From NCBI GenBank assembly GCA_963732365.1, contig CAVSZC010000005.1:1834777-1898776 (forward strand): 64,000 bases of DNA, written 5' to 3'. The notes under the pieces were generated by a model. It was not told the origin of the DNA and did no database searches. It saw nothing but the letters and a program-made list of their open reading frames with translations. Position numbers and translations under genes: made by a program. Origin of the DNA: an uncultured Bacteroidales bacterium. GTDB lineage: Bacteria > Bacteroidota > Bacteroidia > Bacteroidales > VadinHA17. Shown here piece after piece: positions 10,043 through 19,396 of this stretch; the stretch's first letter is position 1; every line of letters starts with the position of its first letter.

Positions 10043-10984
10043 TTAGTTTTCGGTCTCTGTTGTTGTATCTCCTGATTTCTTGCCCTGAATGACGCTGCCG
10101 ATGGTGTATATGTCACGCAGTTTCATAAGGATCAGGAGGATAAATCCCCATACTGCAAGCACTCCGATGGTGTATGTCAGTATGACCCACACGGGAGCTT
10201 TTCTTATGTTATTCCACATAGCCCTCTCAGCCAGCAGGCTTACCGGAATGGTCTTGATGCCTGCCATCAGTGTAGTATCCTTTGACACAATACCGAAAAC
10301 ATCCTCATCGGTGAATTTGGCGCTGAAATGTATATTTCCCTCCTTATCACCGGGAAGCCCTGCCGGGATTCTGAAGGCAGCGACTCCGGCATCGTCGGTT
10401 GTCTTTTCCTCATCTACCGGCATCATCCCGAAATAACGGTGCGCAAAGAGCCTGACACCTGCGCCGGTAACAGCTACGGTTTTCTTTTCATCGACAGCAC
10501 TGGCAATGATGAGAACCGTGCTGTCAGCTTCATTGTAGCCAAGGGTCATCTTTATCACAGCTCCGGGGTATGCAGATGATGTGATTATCTGCATCACTTT
10601 CTGAACGTAATTTTTGTTGAAGCTTCTTATGTAGGAGACAACATGCCATATGTCATCTCCGGTCAGAACATTGCGGAATGATGGCATCTGACCTCTTCCG
10701 ACTGATACTTTGTGAAATATCTCGCCGTCGCTGTTTTTCTGTATCTTTTCGGTAGCCGGATCGCCCGGTGAAGGGACAAGGTTGATGTAGTTGCCTTTGC
10801 CCGGCGTACCGTGACATGAAATACAGTTTGTCAGGTAAAGCTTCTCTCCGCTTTGTCTCGTCTCATCGGTGAAGGGAAAAGTACTGAGCCTCCCTTTTCT
10901 GTCTTCAGGAACTACCCAGTCCTGCCCCCTGGCAAATCCTGTGGCCAATAAGGTGAAAAGTGCTATTTGAATAAAGTATTTCAT
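10043..10984 (-). CDS. membrane-anchored monoheme cytochrome c with an extra beta-rich middle domain
   Basis: Signal peptide MKYFIQIALFTLLATGFARG. CISCHG heme site and GQMPSF (Met ligand). C-terminal TM helix VWVILTYTIGVLAVWGFILLILM. Start set at 10984 because the longer track ORF (to 11251) overlaps the NrfD-like gene. Confidence 0.8.
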   Translation of the reverse strand: MKYFIQIALFTLLATGFARGQDWVVPEDRKGRLSTFPFTDETRQSGEKLYLTNCISCHGTPGKGNYINLVPSPGDPATEKIQKNSDGEIFHKVSVGRGQMPSFRNVLTGDDIWHVVSYIRSFNKNYVQKVMQIITSSAYPGAVIKMTLGYNEADSTVLIIASAVDEKKTVAVTGAGVRLFAHRYFGMMPVDEEKTTDDAGVAAFRIPAGLPGDKEGNIHFSAKFTDEDVFGIVSKDTTLMAGIKTIPVSLLAERAMWNNIRKAPVWVILTYTIGVLAVWGFILLILMKLRDIYTIGSVIQGKKSGDTTTETEN

Positions 10985-10994
10985 AAACAGTCTG

Positions 10995-12344
10995 TTATTC
11001 GTTACCAGGAAGTTTTTCTTTATCATGCCCATCCTCTGCCATTTCCCATATCGGGATGACGGGGAAGAGCTTGGAAAGGACTGTAATAATGATAAGAACA
11101 AGCAGTATTGATGCCATTGTGATTGCTGTTTCAATAAGGGTAGGCTTGTATACAACCCACTCAACAGGTACGTTCTGTATCGGGAGGTTAGGGTGCCCCT
11201 GGCCGGGAACGACAATGATATAACGCTTAAACCATGAAGCGGCAAGGACAAATATTGAGATAATCAGCATCGGCAACGGTTTCCGCATTTGCTTTATGAG
11301 GAGGAGAATAACCGGTATGACAAGGCCAGCCAGCTGAACACTCCAGAAAAGCATAGAGTAATGCCCTGTGAAGAGTTCACGCAGATGTATTGCATCACCG
11401 GTCTTTAGCTTGTATCCGGGGACAAGAAACTCGTTCAGGTTGAAATAGATATATACTATCGATGCCAGGATCAGCACCCTTCCCATCTTTTCAAAGTGAA
11501 ATGGTGTGAGATACTTTTCAAGTTTATAATTAACCCTGAAGAAATACATTGCAATAATTACGGCGGCGGTTCCTGACACGAAGGCGCCTGAAAGGAAGTA
11601 GGGTCCGAAAATTGTGCTGTCCCACCCTGTCCTTGGAGTGACCGCGAAGAGCCATGAGGTGACTGTATGAATGGCAAAGGCAGTAGGTATGATCAATATC
11701 AGAAGGATCCTCATGGCCTGTGTCAGAATGCGGTACTGTGACTCATGATGTTCCCATCTTAATGAAAGCACTTCATAAATCTTTGCAAGGAATGAGGGTC
11801 TTCCCTGGAGTCTGTTTTTTGATATTGCCAGGTCGGGGATGAGAGGGAAGAACCAAAGTAAAAGGCTTAGCACCAGATAAGTAGTAACCACGGTGACGTC
11901 CCACAGGATAGGTGACTGTATGCGTCCGAACCTGAAGAGGAATGGAAATCTGTCAGGGCGCCCCATATCGGATATGATTACCAGTCCGGCAACAGCAGCA
12001 AAGGCTATCGCGATTATCTCTGCTATCCTCGAGATCGGTTTGACCCAGCTGTAACCTATAAGACCAAGAACCGCACTGATAAGCATCCCAACGAGGCTTG
12101 TCGCGACAAAGAAGACGAAGTTGGCGATATACATTCCCCAGCTGGTATAGTCACGAAGACCTGTCACACCCAGTCCTTCCCTGAGCTGTATGATATAAGC
12201 GAAGAGACATGCTGCGAGTGCGAGCAGCAGAAAGCCCATCCAAATGATGAAACCCTTGCCTATCCTTACATTCCTGAGAACATCTGCTGCAACGGAATCT
12301 AACTTTCGCTGTTCCTCCGGTGAGCTGAAACGTATTTCATTCAT
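10995..12344 (-). CDS. NrfD/PsrC-family polytopic quinol-interacting membrane subunit
   Basis: 449-aa protein with about 10 predicted helices, directly downstream of the TAT-exported 4Fe-4S subunit. This is the NrfD/ActC/DsrP-like architecture. Confidence 0.75.
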   Translation of the reverse strand: MNEIRFSSPEEQRKLDSVAADVLRNVRIGKGFIIWMGFLLLALAACLFAYIIQLREGLGVTGLRDYTSWGMYIANFVFFVATSLVGMLISAVLGLIGYSWVKPISRIAEIIAIAFAAVAGLVIISDMGRPDRFPFLFRFGRIQSPILWDVTVVTTYLVLSLLLWFFPLIPDLAISKNRLQGRPSFLAKIYEVLSLRWEHHESQYRILTQAMRILLILIIPTAFAIHTVTSWLFAVTPRTGWDSTIFGPYFLSGAFVSGTAAVIIAMYFFRVNYKLEKYLTPFHFEKMGRVLILASIVYIYFNLNEFLVPGYKLKTGDAIHLRELFTGHYSMLFWSVQLAGLVIPVILLLIKQMRKPLPMLIISIFVLAASWFKRYIIVVPGQGHPNLPIQNVPVEWVVYKPTLIETAITMASILLVLIIITVLSKLFPVIPIWEMAEDGHDKEKLPGNE

Positions 12345-12356
12345 ATTGTCAAGGCT

Positions 12357-13334
12357 TTAGATCGTTTCTTCCCTGTATTCTTTCTCAGGACCGCGCTCAA
12401 ACTCAAAGAGCCTGTTTTTCGGCGGCAGGTAATAAACCCTCGGGTTGGTGCCCAGCTCTACATGGAGCCTGTATCCTGCATTCTTTTCAAGCAGCTCGCT
12501 CAGCATGACAGTCTCTTTTGTAGTGCCGTTGGTAACTGCATCCTCGTTCTCATCACCGAAGTAGAAGACGCCATTGGGGCAGGCAGAGACACAGTAGGGC
12601 AGAAGCCCTTCCCTGATCCTGTCAGCGCTGAAGAGGCATTTCGAGATGGTACCCTTTTTCTGAGGTACATTCAGCTCGACGTCATATGTCTTCTCCTTGT
12701 CATTCTCTGCCTGTGACGGCTCCTGCCAGTGAAACATCCTTGCAGAATAGGGACAGGCAGCCATGCAGAAACGACAGCCGATACACCTCTCATTATCGAT
12801 CAGAACTATGCCGTCCTGCCTTTTGTATGTGGCATCAACCGGACAGACTGAAACGCAGGGCGGGTTATCGCAGTGCTGGCACGGCTTGGGCATGAAATAT
12901 TCGGGAGTGTTGGCCGATTCCTTCATAACCAGGGTGTTGATGTGGTACTCATAGGGTCTGAGATGATGAGCGCTCTGGCATGCCTCAACGCATTTCCTGG
13001 CATTCCTGCAGCGTGACAGGTCAATGACCATCACCCACTTCTTTCCCTGAAGTCCCTCTTTACCCCTGGCTTTCAACGCCTTTACGTCAGGCTTGAGATC
13101 CTTGATCTGGTCAGCGGGAATCTCCACCAGTCTGTTATCTTCGGTGAGTACCTTGACCATGCCCTTGTTGTGCTTGGCTTTTTCAAAACTGTGCCCCGAA
13201 TACAACGCCGCTGCCCCGGTAACGGAAACAGCCCCTGCAATTGACAGCCTGCGGATGAAATCGCGCCTCGATGCTTCTACAACCTTGTCGAGATCCGGCT
13301 TCTCATTGCTCTTCTCTTGCTTCTCTTTCTCCAT
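12357..13334 (-). CDS. TAT-exported 4Fe-4S ferredoxin-type subunit (NrfC/PsrB/DsrO-like)
   Basis: Twin-arginine signal SRRDFIRRLSIAGA. Cys clusters CRNARKCVEAC, CQHCDNPPCVSVCP, CIGCRFCMAACP and C...CVSACP. Confidence 0.8.
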   Translation of the reverse strand: MEKEKQEKSNEKPDLDKVVEASRRDFIRRLSIAGAVSVTGAAALYSGHSFEKAKHNKGMVKVLTEDNRLVEIPADQIKDLKPDVKALKARGKEGLQGKKWVMVIDLSRCRNARKCVEACQSAHHLRPYEYHINTLVMKESANTPEYFMPKPCQHCDNPPCVSVCPVDATYKRQDGIVLIDNERCIGCRFCMAACPYSARMFHWQEPSQAENDKEKTYDVELNVPQKKGTISKCLFSADRIREGLLPYCVSACPNGVFYFGDENEDAVTNGTTKETVMLSELLEKNAGYRLHVELGTNPRVYYLPPKNRLFEFERGPEKEYREETI

Positions 13335-13386
13335 ATATGGATTGATTGGATAAAAAACAGAAAGTAAACAGCCAGTCTGCCGATGC

Positions 13387-13734
13387 CTATTCAGCCTGCC
13401 GGGTCATTACCTTAACGGCATTATATCCGAGACCGTCAACGACCTCTTTGATTTTGGCAGTATCTACTTTTGCAGGCTCATACTCAACCATGGCATTGCC
13501 AAGAGTGTGAGATGCCTTTACTGAAATAATGCCGGGTACCTTTGCCAGGTTGGTCTGTATCGTATTTTCACATCCGGTGCAGGTCATACCGGTGATGGAG
13601 ACCTCGATGAGAGCTGATTCAGCAGTTGGTTCCTTTACTTCCTTCTTCCCTCCGCCACCGCATGAAATAAGGAACACGGCCATAACGAGGAGGAGAGTGT
13701 ACCCCAAAGTTCTTATTCTTATCATAGTAAACAC
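13387..13734 (-). CDS. heavy-metal-associated (HMA) domain lipoprotein, probable periplasmic copper chaperone
   Basis: Lipobox LISCGG followed by an HMA fold with MTCTGC (MxCxxC). First gene of the respiratory operon. Confidence 0.75.
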   Translation of the reverse strand: MFTMIRIRTLGYTLLLVMAVFLISCGGGGKKEVKEPTAESALIEVSITGMTCTGCENTIQTNLAKVPGIISVKASHTLGNAMVEYEPAKVDTAKIKEVVDGLGYNAVKVMTRQAE

Positions 13735-13905
13735 GTTTTAGGTTAGGTATTTCAATTAAAAATCAGGCTGTATAAATGTATAAATTTTTCAGTTCAATAC
13801 CTTCAACTGTCTTAAATATCAATTCGCCTCTTTCAACCTGACGCGGGAGAACGGCACAACTATTTATTTCAGCATCATTTTCATCAAAACTTCATAAATG
13901 ATATT

Positions 13906-13913
13906 TAAATTTG
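13906..13913 (+). promoter_or_regulatory. candidate Bacteroidota-type -7 promoter box (TAnnTTTG)
   Basis: TAAATTTG lies about 36 nt upstream of the ATG at 13949. No clear -33 element was seen. Confidence 0.25.
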
Positions 13914-13948
13914 CAAAAAGTGACAAGTTGAAATCTAATATCTTTATT

Positions 13949-14977
13949 ATGAGAAAGATCGTTATCCTTTTTATTGTCATTGCAGCAATGCTGACATCAC
14001 AGTGTTCAAGAAATGTAGGAGATACGTCTCTCAAGAATGCTCTGGATGAGAGCTCATTAAAGATAAACAAAGCCACGACTGTCATTTCTGATACCAGGGG
14101 CTTCCAATTGATGACTGCGTCAGATCAGACTAAATCGGGTGAGATTTACAGTGACAGCATAGAACTCGACATGATAGCCGGCATTTATGATTTCAAGCCG
14201 GAAACCTATATGTGCCATCGCGACATGAGACCCAGATGGACGTTTGAAAAAACCGGCGAGAGTGAAATGCTTGTGGTGAACATTCCTCAGAAAATGATAT
14301 TTCATCCAAGGTACTTTTACCTGAACAATCCGGAAGAGGTTGCTGAAGAGAATGATTTCACAATTACGGCGAGTGAATACCATAACTATTTTTCATACTT
14401 CAGACGGTATGACTACAGGCTGATGGCAGGCTTCACGATTGATACGGAAGATATCGGTACTCTCGAGGTTACGGCTGCAGGCAACAATTTTGCCGACCGC
14501 AGTTATGCCTCAGAATATCATTTTACAGATGATTACAGTGTAATGGTATCATATGATAAGGGTGACACTTCCACCTCTTCATTTGCCCTGAAAGAGGGCG
14601 ACGAAATACTTCTGGGAGAAGAGACGCTGTTCATCTGGAAGGATTACCACATGTCAGAAAGAAAGTACACCCTGACAATAGGTGATGTAGATATTGTAAG
14701 AACAACCGGGATAGACTCGACGCAGGTATTCCTGAACGGGGTTCTTCAGTCAACTGCAGCTGTCAAAATCACTGATGAGGACGAGACAGATGGTTCTGTA
14801 TGCCGCCACAGGGACATACTGCTAACCTTTGATGACGGTACGACTGTAAAGTTAAGCGAGCTGATCAGCCCTGCCCTCGAGACACTCGGTACCCTGATTG
14901 TTCCTATGCGTGAGATGAATTTTGCTAAACGTGTAGCAGATTATATAGCAATGTCAGTTTATTACCGTCAACTCTGA
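13949..14977 (+). CDS. lipoprotein of unknown function
   Basis: MRKIVILFIVIAAMLTSQCS lipoprotein signal. No recognisable domain. The start at 13949 is preferred over the track start at 13898. Confidence 0.6.
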   Translation: MRKIVILFIVIAAMLTSQCSRNVGDTSLKNALDESSLKINKATTVISDTRGFQLMTASDQTKSGEIYSDSIELDMIAGIYDFKPETYMCHRDMRPRWTFEKTGESEMLVVNIPQKMIFHPRYFYLNNPEEVAEENDFTITASEYHNYFSYFRRYDYRLMAGFTIDTEDIGTLEVTAAGNNFADRSYASEYHFTDDYSVMVSYDKGDTSTSSFALKEGDEILLGEETLFIWKDYHMSERKYTLTIGDVDIVRTTGIDSTQVFLNGVLQSTAAVKITDEDETDGSVCRHRDILLTFDDGTTVKLSELISPALETLGTLIVPMREMNFAKRVADYIAMSVYYRQL

Positions 14978-15020
14978 ATTCCTTCTTTCTTTCCATAAGT
15001 CCGTTTTTTTTAACACTAAA

Positions 15021-15050
15021 CTGCCGGTTCCCCGACCGGCAGTTTTATTT
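15021..15050 (+). terminator. rho-independent terminator
   Basis: Perfect 8-bp stem CTGCCGGT / ACCGGCAG with loop TCCCCG, followed by TTTTATTT, 44 nt after the stop at 14977. Confidence 0.75.
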
Positions 15051-15118
15051 GATGCTCAGCTGACAGGGACTCTATTATTATGAAATTTTCTTAAATTGCA
15101 TAAGAAGTGATTATCCAT

Positions 15119-16234
15119 ATGAAAACGCAACCGAGTGAGAAATGCAAAGTAGCGGTTTTGGGAGCTGGTCATGGCGGCATGGCAATGGCGGCTCATCTGG
15201 CGCTTATGGGGCACAGTGTTAACCTGTTCAACAGGGGTGAAGAGAGGCTTTGGGGAGTAAAATCGAGCGGGGCGATTGAGATCACAGGAGAGGTGGAGGG
15301 ATTTGGCGAACTGAACCTGGCAACGACATCAATCGGAGATGCTGTTAAGGATGTCGAACTCATAATGGTGGCGGTACCTGCCTTCGGGCACAGGTGGATA
15401 GCAGAGCAGGTTAGCCCGTACCTAACAGATGGTCAGATTGTTGTGCTGCACCCGGGGAGAACCTGTGGTGCCCTTGAGTTCAAACAGGTGCTGACGAAGA
15501 ACAATGTTAAGGCTGATGTGCCTGTCGCCGAAGCACAGACATTCATCTATGCCTCGCGCGCGACAGGCCCCTCACAGGTTCATATTTTCAGAATAAAGCA
15601 CTCAATCCCGGTAGCCTCAGTGAGGGCTCACCTTATCCCAAAGGTGATTAGCAGCCTGCGGAAGTTTTACCCGCAATTCGTGCCCGGAGATAATGTATTC
15701 AAAACCAGCTTTGAAAATATAGGAAGTGTTTTTCATCCGGTATTGTGCGTTATGAATGCCGGGTGGATTGAGCATGACATCGATTTTCAGTTCTACCATG
15801 AAGGTGTCACACCGGCAGTATCGAGGATTCTTGAGAAGATAGATGAGGAGCGCGTAAAGGTGGCTGAAGCGCTCGGGATCAGGGCAATTACTGCAAGACA
15901 ATGGCTGTATATGGCATACAGCACAACAGGTGAAACGCTTTATGAGTCAATGCGAAAGAATGTCGGTTATCGCGGAATTCTTGCACCGAGGACTCTTAAG
16001 ATGCGTTATCTTGACGAGGACATCCCTTTCAGCCTTGTGCCAATGGCCTCGATAGGGAAGATGCTTAATGTGGCGACGCCTGGAATGGATTCAATAATAC
16101 AGCTCGGGTCTGCACTTAACTCTGTCGATTACTGGTCTGTCGGAAGAACTGTCGAGAGCCTTGGCATAGCAGGGATGAGCCTCAGGGACCTGAGACTCAT
16201 CGCTATCGGTGAGCCGCCAGGATTAAAAGACTAA
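15119..16234 (+). CDS. NAD(P)-dependent octopine/nopaline (opine) dehydrogenase family protein
   Basis: Rossmann start KVAVLGAGHGGMAMAAHLALMGHSVNLF, with length and C-terminal helical domain typical of the family. The ATG at 15119 is preferred to the GTG at 15107. Confidence 0.7.
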   Translation: MKTQPSEKCKVAVLGAGHGGMAMAAHLALMGHSVNLFNRGEERLWGVKSSGAIEITGEVEGFGELNLATTSIGDAVKDVELIMVAVPAFGHRWIAEQVSPYLTDGQIVVLHPGRTCGALEFKQVLTKNNVKADVPVAEAQTFIYASRATGPSQVHIFRIKHSIPVASVRAHLIPKVISSLRKFYPQFVPGDNVFKTSFENIGSVFHPVLCVMNAGWIEHDIDFQFYHEGVTPAVSRILEKIDEERVKVAEALGIRAITARQWLYMAYSTTGETLYESMRKNVGYRGILAPRTLKMRYLDEDIPFSLVPMASIGKMLNVATPGMDSIIQLGSALNSVDYWSVGRTVESLGIAGMSLRDLRLIAIGEPPGLKD

Positions 16235-16246
16235 TAAAAGACTGAC

Positions 16247-17890
16247 ATGACAAAGATAATAGGTGCTGCCATTGGAAGCTGTGTTCACGTAGGCGGACTT
16301 CATCACTTCCTGAAGCTTGCCGAAGCAGAGGGCTGCTCGGCTCAGTCATTCGGGCCCGCTGTGACTGTAAAGAGACTTGTCAATATAATCATTGAAGAGA
16401 ATCCTGATATAGTTGCACTAAGTTACAGGCTCACACCCGGTGCTGCCGGAGAACTGTTTGATGAGCTCAGGGATGAGCTTTCCCGGGTGCGTAGGTCAGG
16501 CATCAGAATGATATTCGGAGGAACGCCTCCAGTGGCAGCGGTAGCAAAAGCATCTGGTCTCTTTGACCGGGTATTTGACGGCACCGAATCCATGAATGCA
16601 ATCAAGGAATATCTCAGGGGAAGCACGGCCAAGGCAGGTGAGGCATCATTTCCCGGTACTCTCACGGGCAGGATAGAACAGAAATATCCCTATCCTCTCA
16701 TCAGGCATCACTTCGGCAGACCTACACTCTCAGAGACACTTGAAGGTGTTGAGAAGATTGCGATGTCAGGTGTACTTGACGTGTTGTCAATCGGACCGGA
16801 CCAGAACGCTCAGGAACACTTTTTTCACCCTGAGGAGATGGATCACAGCCAGGACGGCGCAGGAGGGGTTCCCGTCAGGAAACCTGAAGACCTCGAGGCT
16901 ATCTATCACAGGTCACGCTGCGGTAACTATCCGCTGGTACGGTGCTACGCCGGAACGCGTGACCTTATTAAATGGGCAGAGATGAGCCTCAGAACCATCA
17001 ACAATGCCTGGGCAGCCATTCCACTCTGCTGGTACAGTGTCATTGACGGAAGGTCAAAACGATCTGTCAGCGAAGCCATCAGGGAGCACCAGGAGGTAAT
17101 GGGCTGGTATGCCCGGCAGGGAGTTCCTGTTGAGGTCAATGAGTCACACCAGTGGAGTCTGCGTGATGCGCACGACACACTTGCTGTCACAATGGCCTTT
17201 CTGGCTGCCTATAATGCGAAGAAGGCCGGTGTGAGAGATTATGTATCACAGTATATGTTCAATAATCCTCCGGGAACATCACCCGAGATGGATATCGCCA
17301 AAATGCTTGCAAAGGATGAGCTGATAAGCGAATTGAAGAACGATTCCTTCAATGTCTTGCGGGAAGTAAGAGCCGGGTTGGCACATTTCTCGTCAAATCC
17401 TTCGTTTGCCCAGGGGCAACTCGCTTCCTCAGCAGTGATCAGCCTTGCACTTAAACCCCATATTCTGCATGTGGTGGGTTTCAGCGAAGGTGATCATGCT
17501 ATCTTTCCTGATGAACTGATACAAAGTTGTGAGATAGCCCACGGAGTGCTGCACAACACACTCAGCGGCATGCCTGACCTGACTGACAGCAAGAGAGTCA
17601 TGGAGAGGAAGAACGAGCTCAAGGATGAAGCAAGATACCTTCTCGAAGCCCTGCGGAAGAGGGGAGAGGATTCAGTCAGGGATCCCTGGTCAGACCCTGA
17701 TCTGATCGCCGGCGCCATAAAGGATGGTGTGCTCGATGCTCCTCACTTTAAGGGCAACAAATACCTGTGCGGAAATATTGTTACAGGCCTTGCAGACGGG
17801 GCATGGCATGCTATTGACCCTGCTACAGGCAGCAGGATTGATGAAAGAACACGACTGAGAATGCTCATCTTTAACCAACTTTCTCAATAG
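16247..17890 (+). CDS. B12-binding-domain-like N-terminus fused to a large uncharacterised, possibly mutase-like, domain
   Basis: The N-terminal roughly 125 aa resemble a cobalamin-binding Rossmann-like domain, with GSCVHVGG where DxHxxG normally sits. The remaining roughly 400 aa loosely resemble the large subunit of glutamate-mutase-type enzymes; that resemblance is recalled from memory, not searched. Confidence 0.4.
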   Translation: MTKIIGAAIGSCVHVGGLHHFLKLAEAEGCSAQSFGPAVTVKRLVNIIIEENPDIVALSYRLTPGAAGELFDELRDELSRVRRSGIRMIFGGTPPVAAVAKASGLFDRVFDGTESMNAIKEYLRGSTAKAGEASFPGTLTGRIEQKYPYPLIRHHFGRPTLSETLEGVEKIAMSGVLDVLSIGPDQNAQEHFFHPEEMDHSQDGAGGVPVRKPEDLEAIYHRSRCGNYPLVRCYAGTRDLIKWAEMSLRTINNAWAAIPLCWYSVIDGRSKRSVSEAIREHQEVMGWYARQGVPVEVNESHQWSLRDAHDTLAVTMAFLAAYNAKKAGVRDYVSQYMFNNPPGTSPEMDIAKMLAKDELISELKNDSFNVLREVRAGLAHFSSNPSFAQGQLASSAVISLALKPHILHVVGFSEGDHAIFPDELIQSCEIAHGVLHNTLSGMPDLTDSKRVMERKNELKDEARYLLEALRKRGEDSVRDPWSDPDLIAGAIKDGVLDAPHFKGNKYLCGNIVTGLADGAWHAIDPATGSRIDERTRLRMLIFNQLSQ

Positions 17891-18614
17891 TATCTTTTTT
17901 GCGGGTTTTAAGGAGTATTCTGACAGTGCCTGAAATTATGAGCAGCTCACCGGCAATAAAGATCAGCCACTTATACCTGCCAGGGATGTATTGTTTAATC
18001 ATTGACAGAAGTTGTTCTGCGTCGTCCGGGGTGCTGGCTGATGAGAGAACGCCGCTGTCAATTATTAGAATGGAGTAATCAATAAGGAATGTACAGAGAA
18101 TTATCGCAGCACCTCCATAGATCAATATCCAGTCGGCAGGGGATGGTTTTACAACATAACCCCTTTCCTGTCTGCCGATAATGAAGATTGCCATTATTAT
18201 CATAGTGACCGAACAGATCACGGGAGCCAGAACAGGTCCGAGCCATGGTATCGGTATCAGGAACAACAGGTCCCAGGTAAGGAGAGACGCAGGCCATGCG
18301 AGGAAGATCTTGAGTGCCACGTAATAGATGATGTCCCATACCCCAAAGGCAAAGAGAGCGTAAAAGAGCCTCTGGAGATTATTTCTGCCTGCAATAATGC
18401 CAACACCGGCAAGCATGACCAGGGTTGCAATCTCCCTCACCCACTCAACTGACAGCACCTCCGGGGGCATAAGGGCAAGCGGAAAATCGAATCCTTCGGG
18501 GTAGTAAATCATTCTGAGATATACTACCACAATAGCCTCAAGGAAACCCATGGCAACAGCAAAAACTGTAAGCCAGACGAATCTGAGCCGATAACTTAGA
18601 TAAGTAGTATCCAC
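17871..18614 (-). CDS. polytopic membrane protein of unknown function
   Basis: 247 aa, about 7 hydrophobic helices, no recognised motif. Converges on and overlaps the end of the 16247-17890 gene. Confidence 0.5.
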   Translation of the reverse strand: MDTTYLSYRLRFVWLTVFAVAMGFLEAIVVVYLRMIYYPEGFDFPLALMPPEVLSVEWVREIATLVMLAGVGIIAGRNNLQRLFYALFAFGVWDIIYYVALKIFLAWPASLLTWDLLFLIPIPWLGPVLAPVICSVTMIIMAIFIIGRQERGYVVKPSPADWILIYGGAAIILCTFLIDYSILIIDSGVLSSASTPDDAEQLLSMIKQYIPGRYKWLIFIAGELLIISGTVRILLKTRKKDTIEKVG

Positions 18615-18637
18615 TTCACAGAATATGAGATGTTAAG

Positions 18638-19396
18638 TTACAAAATAAAGGGAAAGACAGCCTTTCTGCCGGACGGATAATCACTGAAATTGCTTCTGTA
18701 CCATTTGTGGTGGGCAAGGGCCCGGGGTACCAGGTTACAGAAGGTCCACACAAAGAACGAGAGGGCCGGCAGTGACCAGCAGATAATTGCAAACCCTGCC
18801 CATTCCACTATCTCTCCGAAGAAGTTCGGACAGGATATCTTCTCAAACAGACCCCCGTGGGGAATCTGGTAGCCGTTGGTGCTTTTCTTCCTGAGATGAA
18901 TCAGCTTCTCATCTGAGGAGACATTGATTATCATACCGGTAATAAAAAGTGTCAGTCCGGCTGCGAAACGGGGATCGGTGAGCCACTCAATGCCGTAATG
19001 TGTCTGAAGGGTTCCGGTATAATACCCCAGGAATCCTGCATTGACAAAGTTGAAGCATATTGCCATCAGCGCAATTACCAGTGGCATCTCTTTCCCTCTG
19101 GTCCTGATGCGCATCGGATATATCACGGAACGGTTGAAATAGTGAAACGCATAGAGAAAAGCTATGATCCATACTACAGCTGTCTTCGGAGCGTCACCGG
19201 TGATTATAAGCCATATAAAGATAAGCAGCGCAGGCACTTCCATCATGAACCATCCCAGCCGGTCGGGTATGGTTACACCCCACTTCTTTGAGGAGTGTCT
19301 GCCGTAAGGTGCCGTTACAAACAGCAGCAGGAGGAAGACTATTACGCCTATGGCGATCCAGAGCCACACCAGGAGAGTGAAAGTCGTTTTGTCCAT
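18638..19396 (-). CDS. 3-oxo-5-alpha-steroid 4-dehydrogenase (steroid 5-alpha-reductase) family membrane protein
   Basis: 252-aa polytopic protein. The C-terminal block HHKWYRSNFSDYPSGRKAVFPFIL is typical of the SRD5A/DUF1295 fold. Confidence 0.7.
   Translation of the reverse strand: MDKTTFTLLVWLWIAIGVIVFLLLLFVTAPYGRHSSKKWGVTIPDRLGWFMMEVPALLIFIWLIITGDAPKTAVVWIIAFLYAFHYFNRSVIYPMRIRTRGKEMPLVIALMAICFNFVNAGFLGYYTGTLQTHYGIEWLTDPRFAAGLTLFITGMIINVSSDEKLIHLRKKSTNGYQIPHGGLFEKISCPNFFGEIVEWAGFAIICWSLPALSFFVWTFCNLVPRALAHHKWYRSNFSDYPSGRKAVFPFIL

Noticed and set aside
10985-11251. Long N-terminal extension of the cytochrome c ORF (track 10043-11251)
   Set aside because: The extension overlaps the 3' end of the NrfD-like gene in another frame. 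The internal ATG at 10984 gives a clean signal peptide 10 nt after the upstream stop.
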